Shown here in pieces: positions 13,331 to 26,759 of a stretch of DNA of 63,981 nt (positions are counted from its first letter, which is position 1; every line of letters starts with the position of its first letter). The notes beneath the pieces are model-generated. The model had not been told where the DNA came from, did not search any database, and was given only the letters and a program-made list of their open reading frames with translations. Where the stretch lies: the NCBI RefSeq assembly GCF_001194135.2, contig NC_068989.1, positions 3,335,890-3,399,870 of the forward strand, given 5' to 3'. Source of the stretch: Octopus bimaculoides (lineage: Eukaryota). The translations under genes and the position numbers were made by a program.

Positions 13331-15486
13331 CCTATATATATATATATAGGCTGAAATATGACAAAATGATATACGAGGAGAAAATAGAGAAAAGCTTGAA
13401 GCAGAAACGTTAAGAATTAATGAAAGTTGAAAACTGCATCATTTTTGACAGGTACTACAACTTGTGTGTGTGTGCAATTATATACACCTATTTTCAACAC
13501 CATAAAACAAAGCAATAATATTTAAATAACACACCTCCTTCACATATCTAGTTAGCAACCAAGACCAAACATGCTAGTCTAGTCCTATCTATCATATCAT
13601 CTATCTATCTGACTGTCTATCTATCTAACGTGAGGGTGTGCGTGCTTGTGTTATATACATGACACACGAAACCCCAGTCAGCTGTTCTTGAAGAATGTAT
13701 CCTTGTTATTCACCACAAATATAAGCAATATAAGAAAAGAAGCGAGCCAACGAGGGAGGCATCATCTACGCAGCCACTGAGTTTGCCAGAAACAGCAGCC
13801 AAATCTTCCTGAAAGCGTAGGGCATATTGACACGCCTACCCGAAGGAAGGTGGACGATGACCATAGCTAAAACTCTTTCGATTCAGAAGTCGATTCGATC
13901 AGTGTTGATTTGGGGGAACTAATAAAGAACAACACCAAGAATCAATTCACGGCAATGAATGTGTTTTAACCATCACTAAACAATTTATTGAAGCACATGC
14001 GCACACATACAGAAATACACATACATATTTATAAACATACACGCACACACACACATAATCCATTTCCCATCATTTGCAACATGTTGGGTGCATATGCATG
14101 CACGCAAACATACACACATTATGTAAATAGCGTCCATGTATTACATGCATGCTTACATATATATATATATACACGTAATTCTTTACCGCTACCAGCATGA
14201 CCCCAAAAAGTAAATTACGAGTGACAGAGGAAGGACGGAAGCATAAGGGTAAAAGAGATCGTTGCTACTGGTGGGGAGGCTGAGAGCGAGAAGAAGGATG
14301 ATGTGTTTATATAGGGCAAAGAGGATGCCGACAAAGTGACAAAACAGGCGATCATGTGACACTAAGCAAAAATAAATAAATAAATAAATAATCCGTCTAG
14401 TTTTTGTAACGACATAGAAAAATTTCGCAGAGACGTCTTCTGCATAATGTATACATAGTTAAGTGAGAGCTAACATAATTTAATGTAATTAACATCCCGG
14501 CCCCGCACAGACTGATTATTAGTGTTAATGATAACTTTTGTTCAAGTCAAGGGTGACAACTCCGAAGTTCATTACAGTCAGAATACATCCAAAATCATTA
14601 GAACGAGGAAAAGATCATTTAATGTCTACTAATAATTGTTCAATTGGATGAATACTTTAATTTTATTGCAGACCTGGCATTTGGTGCAAGACTTGTTGCA
14701 TTTCTTCAACAGAAAACGGTCAGGCACATGTTTTTTTTATAAAATGAAGCATTCTTCTTTCTCATAGAAAGACAACCTTCCGGGCGGTTTTCTGTTAGTC
14801 GCTAAATATTTACACTTTTGATTCCCAATTTGAGTAATTTTTCTGATACGTTACAACTAATCTCCCTTTGTATCCTTCATAAGCTCAGTAAATAATTCTA
14901 GAATGACATCAAACACTTAAAGCATCAGAATTTATGAAGAAATAAAATATTATAGTCACTTAACTAAGCTACGTAGAAGTCCTTAGTATATCAGATTTTG
15001 TACTTTGCACGACTGTTCTGTGATTGGACTGTGCCGTTGAAGTCTTCAATAATAATAATAATAATAATAATAATCTTAAAAATCACATTTTTAAATTAAA
15101 AAAAAATCACGGTGGTGCACCAGCATGACCGCAGCCACTTGGCTGAAACACATAAATAAATAAATAAATTAAAATTGGAATTTATAAGAATTTTCGAAAT
15201 AGTGTAGACTTTAATAATTCCTTTCTTTTAGTAAAAGATATATATACCAAACTAATCAACATACACCTTTATTATAGTATAGATACCTGCATCAACCAAG
15301 GAATAATGTAATTCTAATGTAATTTTGTAATAAGACGTTTGCACTAATCGTAATTTACTTTAGTTTTATTACCAATTAGGTGAATCGGTCAATTAATTGA
15401 CTGATTAATTAATTACCAATTATATAGTAAACCGATAAGAAAAACTGATGTGATTTATAACCCAGTGTATGTGTTATACTAATGTA

Positions 15487-15635
15487 CTATAAAACAAAAT
15501 CCTGCAGGATGGTCACTGCTGGACTATTTTTGAACCAAGTCTGCTTGTTCCGGACCAGAGCAACAACTCCCACCCAACACAAAGTCTTTTCTTCAAGAAT
15601 TTCTTCTTCTATATGAGAAATACGCATAAACATGT
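15487..15635 (-). CDS. Candidate terminal exon MFMRISHIEEEILEEKTLCW...LQDFVL*
   Basis: Acceptor ttctttcactggttcag|, open frame to TAG at 15487, minus-strand AATAAA signals downstream near 15270 and 15365. Confidence 0.3.
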
Positions 15636-16462
15636 CTGAACCAGTGAAAGAATAATCAGGCAAGCGCTCCACCTGCTAGAAATAGCAGTCAAATTTCCCT
15701 GAAATCCCATACCACCGTTCTTAAAATAGGAAAACAATCATTTGACAGTTTAGTCCCTGAAAGGCAAGAAAATGGAATGATTATGGCTGGAACGGCTCTT
15801 ATACGAAAAAAGGAAAAGTCTTCATGAACAGATCTGCCTCAGAACTAAACACCATCATCATCATCACCACCGTCAAGAACAACACACAGAACAGTTACCA
15901 TGACGACCATTTGAACCAGCATTCACATGGCGTTGAGTGCTGCTAGAAATAGCAGCAAAAAAGAACACAATTTTGCAGCATCAACTGTTCCTTCTGAACC
16001 AAAGAGATATAAACAGTGAGACAGAAAGAAGAGACAGCTTGTAGTTCAGAGGCTGAAGTGTCTCTCTGAGCGAGCCAGAAAGAAGAGACAGCAGACACGA
16101 GAAAAACAGTTTCTTTCTGTAATTCTCCCCCATCCTGATTTCCCCTTAGTTCGGAGAAGAAAAAAAGTGGTTCTGTGTATAACATAATTGATTGCATAAG
16201 AGGAACAACCTTACATCAACCGAGTATTTAACATCCTTTAAAAATCAATATTAAGGGAAGCGGAGACGACGAGCTGGCAGAAACGTTGGCAAGTCGGGCA
16301 AAATGCTTAGCGGTATCTTGTTCGTCTTTACTTTCTGAGTTCGAACTCCGCCGAAGTTGACAGAAAGATTTCCTACCCCGGCCCATTTCCTCTCACGCCC
16401 CCTCCAGAAACCTCCGTTTTTGGATACGGAGATTCCGGAAAATTGCCAAAAATCGGCATTTT

Positions 16463-17388
16463 NNNNNNNNNNNNNNNNNNNNNNNNNNNNNNNNNNNNNN
16501 NNNNNNNNNNNNNNNNNNNNNNNNNNNNNNNNNNNNNNNNNNNNNNNNNNNNNNNNNNNNNNNNNNNNNNNNNNNNNNNNNNNNNNNNNNNNNNNNNNNN
16601 NNNNNNNNNNNNNNNNNNNNNNNNNNNNNNNNNNNNNNNNNNNNNNNNNNNNNNNNNNNNNNNNNNNNNNNNNNNNNNNNNNNNNNNNNNNNNNNNNNNN
16701 NNNNNNNNNNNNNNNNNNNNNNNNNNNNNNNNNNNNNNNNNNNNNNNNNNNNNNNNNNNNNNNNNNNNNNNNNNNNNNNNNNNNNNNNNNNNNNNNNNNN
16801 NNNNNNNNNNNNNNNNNNNNNNNNNNNNNNNNNNNNNNNNNNNNNNNNNNNNNNNNNNNNNNNNNNNNNNNNNNNNNNNNNNNNNNNNNNNNNNNNNNNN
16901 NNNNNNNNNNNNNNNNNNNNNNNNNNNNNNNNNNNNNNNNNNNNNNNNNNNNNNNNNNNNNNNNNNNNNNNNNNNNNNNNNNNNNNNNNNNNNNNNNNNN
17001 NNNNNNNNNNNNNNNNNNNNNNNNNNNNNNNNNNNNNNNNNNNNNNNNNNNNNNNNNNNNNNNNNNNNNNNNNNNNNNNNNNNNNNNNNNNNNNNNNNNN
17101 NNNNNNNNNNNNNNNNNNNNNNNNNNNNNNNNNNNNNNNNNNNNNNNNNNNNNNNNNNNNNNNNNNNNNNNNNNNNNNNNNNNNNNNNNNNNNNNNNNNN
17201 NNNNNNNNNNNNNNNNNNNNNNNNNNNNNNNNNNNNNNNNNNNNNNNNNNNNNNNNNNNNNNNNNNNNNNNNNNNNNNNNNNNNNNNNNNNNNNNNNNNN
17301 NNNNNNNNNNNNNNNNNNNNNNNNNNNNNNNNNNNNNNNNNNNNNNNNNNNNNNNNNNNNNNNNNNNNNNNNNNNNNNNNNNNNNNNN
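16463..17388. other. Assembly gap (N run); other gaps include 3663-3699, 6381-6396, 34960-35216 and 37006-37078
   Basis: N characters; the five 341-409 aa ORFs here are artefacts. Confidence 1.
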
Positions 17389-18172
17389 TACACAGATTCT
17401 GTGCGGGTATTTGTAAGGACACGAACACCGAGGGTACCCGTGTATATATCGCATTATTTTATATTTGATTTTGATTGAAAAAAACAAAAACAAAAAAAAA
17501 AAAACTGGGGTGCAACTCGTATACGACGAATAAATATGGATGAGAGAGAAAGAGAAGCGCACGCGCATATACAAACACACACACACAGCCATCGTTACAT
17601 CTACACAGAATACAATACACACATTACATGAACCATCTCACAGACACACACTGTTTAGAATTCCTAATTTTATACTTGTATCAATGTTTGAATTGTTCTT
17701 TACATAGAACCACGACTAAAACATGTCTGTTTAGAAAACATCAAACAGTTTCCCTGTTGTTTAGTTTATTTTCTTTCATCTTTCATTGAGCTTTTGATTT
17801 ATTTTTGATAGATTCATGTTGCTGTTGTTATTGCACTAGTTGTTTATCTTACGATCGTTGTTGTTGTTGGTGTTGTTGTTGGTGGTGATGGCTGGGCTGG
17901 TTGTTTTGGTGGTAGTTGCGTTATTGCTAGCAGTTTATCGAAATATCATAAATGTTAGACAGAACATTAGATTATATATTCACATTAGTGTTACACCAGA
18001 AAAAAATTCAATAAAAACACCGCCTCGTGAAATGTTGCATTGAGTCGAAGACTTGGGAAAGCAACGAACTAGTAGAGGCGTTGGAACAGCGGAGAGAAAA
18101 ATTCCGAGTTCGAATTTGGTTCTAAGATCCGAGTTCGAATTTTATCAAGTTCAACTTATGCCTTTCATCCTT

Positions 18173-18421
18173 TCACAGCCAAGAAAAGTAATAAGTCCCC
18201 AGCCCCTCTCTCTGGATTGCTTGGGTCACACCGTTAAAAGGGTCTTGAGAGGCTAAAGGTGGATATGAATAGGGGTAATGCAAAAGCAACCCTTTCTCAG
18301 AGAAAACTTGAATGCACATGGAATCGTCCAAATACATCAGACAGTAGTGTAGCTGGGAGAGAAAAGGTTTTTTTGTCAGGGGGTCCTTCCCAGACGGCAT
18401 TTTTATAGGTGGGGGGAGCAC
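18173..18421 (-). CDS. Candidate downstream or terminal exon (VLPPPIKMPSGKDPLTKK... or GAPPTYKNAVWEGPPDKK...)
   Basis: Strong acceptor cccattctccaccttttcag| at 18422. Both phase-0 and phase-1 frames are open for 40+ codons, matching the two donors of the 20.4-kb exon. Confidence 0.35.
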   Translation of the reverse strand: MLPPPIKMPSGKDPLTKKPFLSQLHYCLMYLDDSMCIQVFSEKGLLLHYPYSYPPLASQDPFNGVTQAIQREGLGTYYFSWL

Positions 18422-18493
18422 CTGAAAAGGTGGAGAATGGGTGCTACACCGTTGATTACAGAACGGAAATGAAAAAAAAAGGGACATACACAC

Positions 18494-18891
18494 AGGCGTA
18501 GGAGTGGCTGTGTGGTAAGTAGCTTGCTTATGAACCACATGGTTCCGGGTTCAGTCCCACTGTGCGGCAGCTTGGGCAAGTGTCTTCTACTATAGCCTCC
18601 GGCCGACCAAAGCCTTGTGAGTGCATTTGGCAGACGGAAACTGAAAAAAGCCCGTTGTATATATGTATATATATATATGTGTGTGTTTGTGTGTCTGTGT
18701 TTGTCCCCCAACATCACTTAACAACCGATGCTGGTGTGTTTACGTCCCCGTAACTTAGCGGTTCGGCAAAAGACACCGATAGAATAAGTACCAGGCTTAC
18801 AAAGAATAAGTCCTGGGGCCGATTTGCTTGACTAAAGGCAGTTCTCCAGCATGGCCACAGTCAAATGACTGAAACAAGTAAAAGAGTAAAA
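18494..18891 (+). mobile_element. SINE family A, near full length
   Basis: Complete head, (TA/TG)n and tail. Confidence 0.95.
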
Positions 18892-19822
18892 ACACAACAA
18901 ATTCCATCGGAATGACTCCGTCAACCATAGAGGCCTTGAGTGACTGCAAGGAACTCACAAAGAAGAACAAAAAATAGAAAACCCAGTTATATATTTCAAG
19001 AGAAAACCCAGTTATATTTTCATTACATGTTTACATCATATGTGTAATACGTGCATGACATAATGAATAAGTTGTAAAGGAACATTCGTTTTCAATATTT
19101 GATTTTTTTGAAAATCATACTGGCAAATTTTTCTTTCTTTAATTGCATGCACGCACACACACACACACACACACACATTGCAGTTGTAATCAGATGAGAA
19201 AATATTTGACAACAAATATAGAATTTATTCATATATTTATTGAACTGTATTGGCTAGCATGATACCCTCTGCCTCCAAGGCTCATCTGACTCAACTCTCT
19301 CCTCCTTTTGCCATTTAGACAGCATCCCCTCATCTTACAGCCACACTAACCAACCGGCACCATAATTACTACCAAAAACATCAACCACCTCAAATTCCTT
19401 CCTTGTTCAATGTGTTTTGAACAGGAAAGAAATTCATAGCCATCAACTGGCAGCTGCCCAAGAACATCAATCTGCATCAACTCTGTTGATCTCACTGGTC
19501 TTGAACAGCCTACAAAGGACATGGAATCTTCTTCCAGATTGAATACAAAACATTGAAGAATGACACTAAATACTATTATCCCGTGCACCAGTAATTCTAC
19601 CAAACCTGACATCTTTCATCTCCAGGTTAATTCTGTGTGAGCATAACTCATAATCAAAGACATTCTGGTCTATGGCTATCCTTTCTTTCATGTTTCCATT
19701 TGCTGTTGCTTCCTAACATTACAAGGCCACAAATTTGTAGCAGATGGGCTACAGTTAATTGGATGAACGTCCCTTAGAAAGATGAAAGGAAAAGTCAACA
19801 TAGGCAGGATTTGAATCTAGGT

Positions 19823-20075
19823 CAACAGTTCTCAACCATTTCTTACCTGTGGACCCTTCTGGTTCCTATTTTACTCAAGTGGGCCCTCATAGCCATTCAA
19901 TGATTAAAAAACCCTATTGTATTTTTATATTTAAATGCAGCTAAGAACTGTATTGAGAAATTGTTGAAATAATTTATGTATTGTAGAAGTACAAGCAATT
20001 TATTGCACATAAATTTCAACAAAAATATCTTATATGAAACCCTAAGGGTCATAAGGACCCCAGTTGAGAACCCTT
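19823..20075. mobile_element. Degenerate hAT/Charlie-type MITE
   Basis: Ends caacagttctcaacc ... gttgagaaccc; related fragments at ~24187 and ~30233. Confidence 0.6.
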
Positions 20076-20151
20076 AATTTTGATAATTGGAGGCTGTAGA
20101 GAATCTAATCATCTGCTCCACCTTTTTTGCTAACTCAAAGAACTGAATTAA

Positions 20152-20372
20152 CCCTTTTGTTATTGCATTTATTTTGAGATGCTCTGTGTTTCTTTCAATT
20201 ATTTTAAATATAACAAAGAATTTAGTAAAATGAATTAGTTATCATTCAGCTAGTGTTAGGAACATAAATTGTGACTAAGGTTTGGTGAAAGATTTCAATT
20301 CAGAACTTTTGAAAACAAGACATTTGTACTACAGATCCAGAGGCGGCTTCAGCCAGGTTGATAATGAAAGGG
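20152..20372. mobile_element. piggyBac-type MITE, family 1
   Basis: TTAA|CCCTTT ... AAAGGG|TTAA; second copy at 37956-38176. Confidence 0.85.
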
Positions 20373-20405
20373 TTAAGAAGTGAAAGAAATGAAGAAATTA
20401 CCTAC

Positions 20406-21025
20406 CAATTTTGTGTAATTCGTTAAATAAGATTTTAAACAGAAAATTGGAACATTTGAAGAAGTCACTGGAGGAGTTTCTCGTGATGTTTTAGATTCTT
20501 TAATATTATCAATTTTATCACTTTGACTTCTTTCCATTTGTGTTTGGCAACTGAAGTTTTTCAAGGGTGAGCATGCAGAGGGTCTTATAGGGGTAGCAGG
20601 TCGAACCATAATAGGGGAACTCTGATACCTACGAAGGGGTTTAGAGTTTTGTTTGGTACAATTTCCAGAATAGTTGGAACAATTCCAGTCCTTTGCACCC
20701 AAGTGTATGGCATCATTTGAAAAAGATCTCCTGTAAGTTACCGAAGTATTTGCTGGTTTCCATATGTTGTGGCAAGGCACAGTTTGTGATGAAGGCCCAA
20801 GGGAGTTTTTCCAAGCTTGAAGTGAAGCATCTCTTTTCCGTTTTACGGGGCCAATTTTATTTTTCACATTCAAGGCATATGATTTAGATTTCGGTCTTGA
20901 TTTGGCCCGATAGGCTAAGGAATGCCACAGATCAACTATTTCTTGTTTGCGATCCCATTTGGTTAAGATTTTATCCATGACAAAAAAAACATCAGACATT
21001 TTCAAAAATTGTGTCCAAAAATATT
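20406..21025 (-). CDS. Large coding exon of an unidentified protein (YFWTQFLKMSDVFFVMDKILTKWDRKQEIVDLWHSLAYR...SYLTNYTKL)
   Basis: Non-repetitive 219-codon open frame (ORF track 20373-21032). Acceptor ttattttcctccctggtgccag| at 21026; donors TTG|gtaggt (20406, phase 0) or GTAG|gtaatt (20402, phase 1). The in-register plus frame has stops. N-terminal part looks helical, the rest S/P/K/R-rich. No family recognised. Confidence 0.75.
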
Positions 21026-22977
21026 CTGGCACCAGGGAGGAAAATAAATTAATTAATGGTCCCAGGGTGACATTTTAGGTAAATATAAAGACCACACCAA
21101 CAAGAATTATAATAGTTCAAATTGTGAAGAGATTTAACAGTTCACTTGAGGTGTTTATCAAATATTTAAAATACGTCAATAGTTGCTTACTCTGGAGAGT
21201 TGGAAAATGTAAAAGATTTTTGGAATGAAAATTTCAAAAATAGATTTTGTACATTTTATTCTTATTATTTTTTTTTTGCATTTAACAATTCAAATAATTT
21301 TTATATCCATGTTATTATCAACTTGATTTTTATATTTTCTTCTTTTCATTTTATTAATAAATAGCTTTAAGTTCCAACTGGATTTTCATGTGTATGTACG
21401 TAGATAAAAGAAATCAAAATAACACACACGTGTGTGTGCATGTGCACATGTGTGTGTATATTTATGTATGTATAAATCCTGATTATGGAAATGGCAAAAT
21501 GTTCCTGAGATTTTCTTTGATAAAAATTCCTCGATGCTTGCTGATTTTGCTGTCTTAACTTAAATCAATACATCTACACATATCTTTACTTCTCCAGTTT
21601 GGTTATATTTCGGTTCCTTTTCTTTTTCTCTGTTCAGGATTATAAAATAAGATTCCAATATTCCAATACTGGCTTATAGCAAAACTAAAATCTTGAATAT
21701 GAATAATGCCAACCATACAGCTTTTGCAGAGGAACACATTTCCATCCGAGACAACAGCAAAGAATCTTGTCCCTTCCTTACATATCCTGACAACCAGTGT
21801 GTGTGTTTGTTTATCAGTCTGTGTGTGTAGTGAAGTTGTCAGACAGCTGGAACTTTCTCTGAGGGGAAATATACAAGGCTTCTGTTCAAGACTGCAGATA
21901 TGAAAACATTAGTGTGTTTGTGTGTGGTTGTATGTTTGTATATAACGGTAATTATGAAGAATATAGAGTGAAGCAGCAGAATCCAGAGAAACGAGTGTTG
22001 TTCTACGTTGGCAAAAAATGCAATCCAAATACTTGAAAGAGTGCAATAAATTTTTATACCTGAAGATTGTTCAAATCATAAAGTTTCCTTCCTTATTTGA
22101 ATTATTTATATTCACAGCAGTTTAGGCAGTTTAAAATACACACTCGAAGCGAACAAACAGCTATATATGCACGACAAAGTAAGACACTGGTTCACAGCTA
22201 CTTAAAACATAAATAATTGTAATCACCATCATCATCATCATCATCGTCAGCAGCAGCAGCAGCAGCATCATGAGCAACAAGAACAAAAATAAACAACAAG
22301 ATTTGAAACATTGATGTGTGTGTGTGTGTGTGTGTGTGTGCACTATTAGCCAAAGAGTGCCGATCACGTGCTGGGAAAATCAATAAACCACTGATACAAA
22401 TAATCCTATGATTATATATATACATACATACACATATATATATGCACACACATATATATTCATATATCCATGCACACACATACACACATACATACGTGTG
22501 TGTGTGTGTTATAGTTATTATTATTAGAGATTATTACTTAAGCATTTAATGAAATACTTCGACGTTCCTAATCTCAGCAAAGCAACAGAGTATGTTTCCG
22601 CAAAGTTTAATTTGGTATATATTTTATCCTTAATTATCGCAGGTGACTAAATAAACAGAATGTCACACACCCATCAGAAAAGTCCCTTGGTCTACAGCAT
22701 CATACCAAAGCTGTACTAAGATGTTCTTGTTGCTAAGCACCAAATCACCTCAATCCCAATTAAACATGTAATATTTCCACATGATTTGGCACCCACCTAT
22801 TCTGATTAAGATGAACCGAGACAAGTAGAATTACCATGTTTACTCATGCGTAGAAGCTGCACTCCTAATTTAATGCTGAATCTTGGTTCCAATTTTCCCT
22901 CCCTTTTCGGATTCAAACTTGTTATCAGTTTTGCCCCGTATACAGTTGCACCTCAGTTTTTCAATTGAAAATCAAGT

Positions 22978-23367
22978 AGGTGCAGGAGTGGCTGCGTGGT
23001 AAGTAGCTTGCTTACCAAACACATGGTCCCAGGTTCAGTCCCACTGCGTGGCACCTTGGGCAAGTGTCTTCTACTATAGCCTCGGGCTGACCAAAGCCTT
23101 GTGAGTAGATTAGGTAGACGGAAACTGAAAGAATCCTGTCGTATATATGTATGTGCGTATATGTTTGTGTGTCTGTGTTTGTCCCCCTAACATCGCTTGA
23201 CAACCGATGCTGGTATATTTACATCCCCGAAACTTAGCAGTTCAGCAAAAGTGACCAATAGAATAAGTACTAGGCTTACAAAGAATAAGTCCTGGGGTCG
23301 ATTTGCTTGACTAAGGCAGTGCTCCAGCACGGCCACAGTCAAATGACTGAAACAAGTGAAAGAGTAA
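22978..23367 (+). mobile_element. SINE family A, near full length
   Basis: Co-linear with the 18494-18891 copy. Confidence 0.95.
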
Positions 23368-23636
23368 TGTAGGCATAAGGAAAAATAAAATGGTTGGCCA
23401 TGGCTAGAATGCAACAGATCATAAGACTTCAGAGTCTTAGGAAAATAATAAGTTCTTTACCGAACATACAAAACTGGATACAGGATAATCTACCTACTTC
23501 TTTAAATGTAAACATAATCAGCTTAGATAATCCGTTTCACAGTAGATTAAACAACTAGACCTCTTTGTTTATCATTTTCACAAGAACTGAAACCATTTCT
23601 GTTATTTAGTACACAAGAACATAAATATATATATTT

Positions 23637-23675
<39 letters not shown>

Positions 23676-23797
23676 TATTCCAGGAATGGCTTTAGAACAG
23701 GTAAACTGAGTCCTTGCATATTGTTAGGGGGTAACCAAAGGGGTTAGCAGCAAGAGGAGCGTCTGGCCATAAGATGTTGAGACACGATATCAGTTAT

Positions 23798-24110
23798 CTT
23801 TTACTTGTTTCAGTCATTTGATTGCAGCCATGCTGGGGCACCACCATGAAGGGTTTTAGTTGGACAAATTGATCTCAGGACTTTATTTTTTGAAGTCTGA
23901 TACTTATTCTCTCATTCTCTTTAGATGAACTGCTAAGTTATAGGGACATAAACACGACAGGCTTCTTTCAGTTTCCGTCTACCAGATCCACTCACAAGGC
24001 TTTGGTCGGCCCGAGGCTAGAGTAGAAGACACTTGCCCAAGGTGCCAGGTAGTGGGACTGAACCCGGAACCATGTGGTTGAGAAGCAAGCATCTTACTAC
24101 ATAGTCATGC
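23798..24110 (-). mobile_element. SINE family A
   Basis: Reverse-complement copy ~430 nt from the plus copy at 22978. Confidence 0.9.
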
Positions 24111-24601
24111 TATGCAAAGAAAAAAAAAAATGGAAAACCAGATTGATTCAGCTCCATTTTCCTCAAAGTTCCAAAGACACAGGTGAGCCAGTGTTTCTCA
24201 ACCATTTTTTTTACCAATGGGCCCCTTTGATTCCTACATCCTCAACTAGACCCTCATAGCCATTCATGATGAAGAAGATATCTATCTCTCTCTATTAGAG
24301 TTGACTACTTGTATTACTAGTTTTTTTTTTTTTTCTACCTGAAGTGGTATATCAAGAAACATTTAAAATATTTTAGACATATTAGCATTTAAAGCTTTTG
24401 TTAATATAAAAATTGCCTGTCTAGCAAGGAACTTGAAGCCACGGAGAAGTACAAAGCTTTAACTAAAATGTATTTACTCTACCACATTACATTACAAACA
24501 CACACACACACACACATGCAAATGTGTGATATTTGAAAACCTTCCTTAGGTATTGTGGCTTGTAAAAGAAACGAACAAGTATAATGATTACCGTCATCTC
24601 A

Positions 24602-24634
<33 letters not shown>

Positions 24635-24767
24635 TCTACCCACTCCTCCCGACAACAACAGGACAGGTGTTTACCACAGATGCTAATCCTTTCCATTTTG
24701 CAGCTGCAGGCAGGGCCAGGTTTATCTTTACTGTTGTTGTCATTATTATTATTGTTATTATTATTAA

Positions 24768-24985
24768 GAAGGTGTTGAGCTGGCAGAATCGTTAGCACGT
24801 GGGGCAAAATGCTTAGTGGCATTTCGTCTGTCTTCACATTCTGAGTTCAAATTCTGCCAAGGTGGACTTTGCTTTTCATCCTTTTGGGGTCAATAAAATA
24901 AGTACCATTTGAGCACTGGGGGATCGATGTAATTGACACATCCCCTCCTTCAAAATTGCCGGCCTTATGCCAAAATTTGAAACCG
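24768..24985 (+). mobile_element. SINE family B
   Basis: gagctggcagaatcgttagcac...ctgagttcaaatt motif. Confidence 0.9.
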
Positions 24986-25359
24986 TGTGCTAAAACACGA
25001 AGGGTCACTATGATTACTGATACAAGATATTTTGAGCCTGTCCAATGCAGAACCATCTTGGGCAAAAAAATGGGTGTAAAACAAATATGGTTATATCAAA
25101 TATGAGGTTGAAGGCAATAATCCAGATGGAACATGACCAAATCCTCTTCAAGAACCTCAACTACAGAACAAACATAGAAAATAACAATGGCTGAAGTGAA
25201 TATAATTCAAATTGGTGGAAGAGGGAAAGGTCAGTAATGTGGCTCAGAAGGCACCATTCTGAATTGATGACAGTCCAATTCCATCATGTTTATACTACTT
25301 ATGTCTATGTGCCACAGAGAATGGTCTTGAAAGCAAAGTGAGAGTCACTCTGGCATTTC

Positions 25360-25564
25360 TTCTTCCTGTTGATAGTTCTTCAACAGGGAGAAATGGAAAT
25401 TCTCCCTGTTGATAGTTCTTCAACAGGGAGAAATGGAAATTCTCCCTGTTGATAGTTCTTCAACAGGGAGAAATGGAAATTCTCCCTGTTGATAGTTCTT
25501 CAACAGGGAGAAATGGAAATTCTCCCTGTTGATAGTTCTTCAACAGGGAGAAATGGAAATTCTC
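25360..25564. repeat. Minisatellite, 5 x 40 bp, each unit a perfect 13-bp hairpin
   Basis: Unit ttctccctgttga-tagttct-tcaacagggagaa-atggaaa; only unit 1 differs (one base). Confidence 0.95.
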
Positions 25565-26703
25565 AGACATGAGAAACAACCTCAGCTGCCATTGATAATA
25601 TCAAACAAACTAGAGGTTATCTCTGTTGATCTAGCTAACCACATAGCTAAACTGGTACTTAGTTAAATCTGTCCTACTGAAAGATGCCATCTGGAGAGTC
25701 ATCAAGCATTGGTGGGTGGGGGTGAGGGAGAAAAATAAAAGACAATGCCAATAATAAGAAAACAATAATAACAAATTAAATTTTGTCAACATGTCAAGGG
25801 ATGAAAGACCAAAAAAAAATAACCCTTGATGTTATATAGTAAAATAACCCCTCCCCCACTTCCCTGGGCTAACAATAATCAATACATGTCACTGAGTACA
25901 TTGTTAAAAAAGCAATTACATAATATAAACAGATACAGATGTCAGCTGACCATGTTGAAGTTGTACTTATTTACCTGTCTTTGGAGTCTGCCTCGGTAAT
26001 TGGTTGTTAGTCATACATGAAGCCTCATGTCAGTTGAAAAGTTGACACAATGTTGTTATAAAGCCACACTCAAGTCTTTGCTGTTATGACTTGAGGTTTT
26101 CAAACACTGAAATGTTGTGTAGTTCCAGATCTCAAAGGAAGTAATCTGAAAGGTGCCAGCCACTGTGTAATGGTTGTCTTGTAACCTCTGACATGTCAAT
26201 CCTACCAACTTCAAAGGTGCCAGTCACTGTGTAGTGCGTAATCAAAAACAAGTTACACTATTTAGCAACAGAGCCACATGATTACAAAGAGAAATTCTTC
26301 ATCAGACACCTACACCTAACATTTTTATTCATTTACCAATTTCAATAATTCCTGTGGCACTAATTTTCAAGGTTTGTAGTCTATCATTGGTGGATAAATA
26401 TTCTTTATTTGCAAGTTAATAAGGGTATCAATGGTTTCAGTCTGCCACATGGGAATGTTGGTACCCATCTTGGATGGAGATGCGCTCTAATGTTCCCATG
26501 TGGTATTTCTCTACATGAAACCATTTGTAGCTTTCTTAACCTACAAATAAAGCATATATATATATACACACGAAGGGCTTCTTTCAGTTTCCGTCTACCA
26601 AATCCACTCACAAGGCTTTGGTTGGCCCGAGGCTATAGTAGAAGACACTTGCCCAAGATGTCATGCAGTGGGACAACCTGGAACCATGTGGTTGGTAAGC
26701 AAG

Positions 26704-26759
<56 letters not shown>

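Noticed and set aside
16251-17622. Five ORFs of 341-409 aa
   Set aside because: Almost entirely N; gap artefacts.
19346-19612. 88-aa minus-strand ORF
   Set aside because: The plus strand reads QRTWNLLP, like a LINE C-terminus; probably the antisense of a decayed LINE.
20373-20376. Stop codon of the 219-aa ORF coincides with a piggyBac TTAA site
   Set aside because: The exon probably ends at a donor ~30 nt earlier, so the overlap is likely incidental.
21480-21800. Several open frames on both strands near the large exon
   Set aside because: No consistent acceptor, donor and phase combination; stops interrupt each reading.
25360-25564. CRISPR-like palindromic repeats
   Set aside because: No unique spacers, no cas genes, eukaryotic context; kept as a minisatellite.
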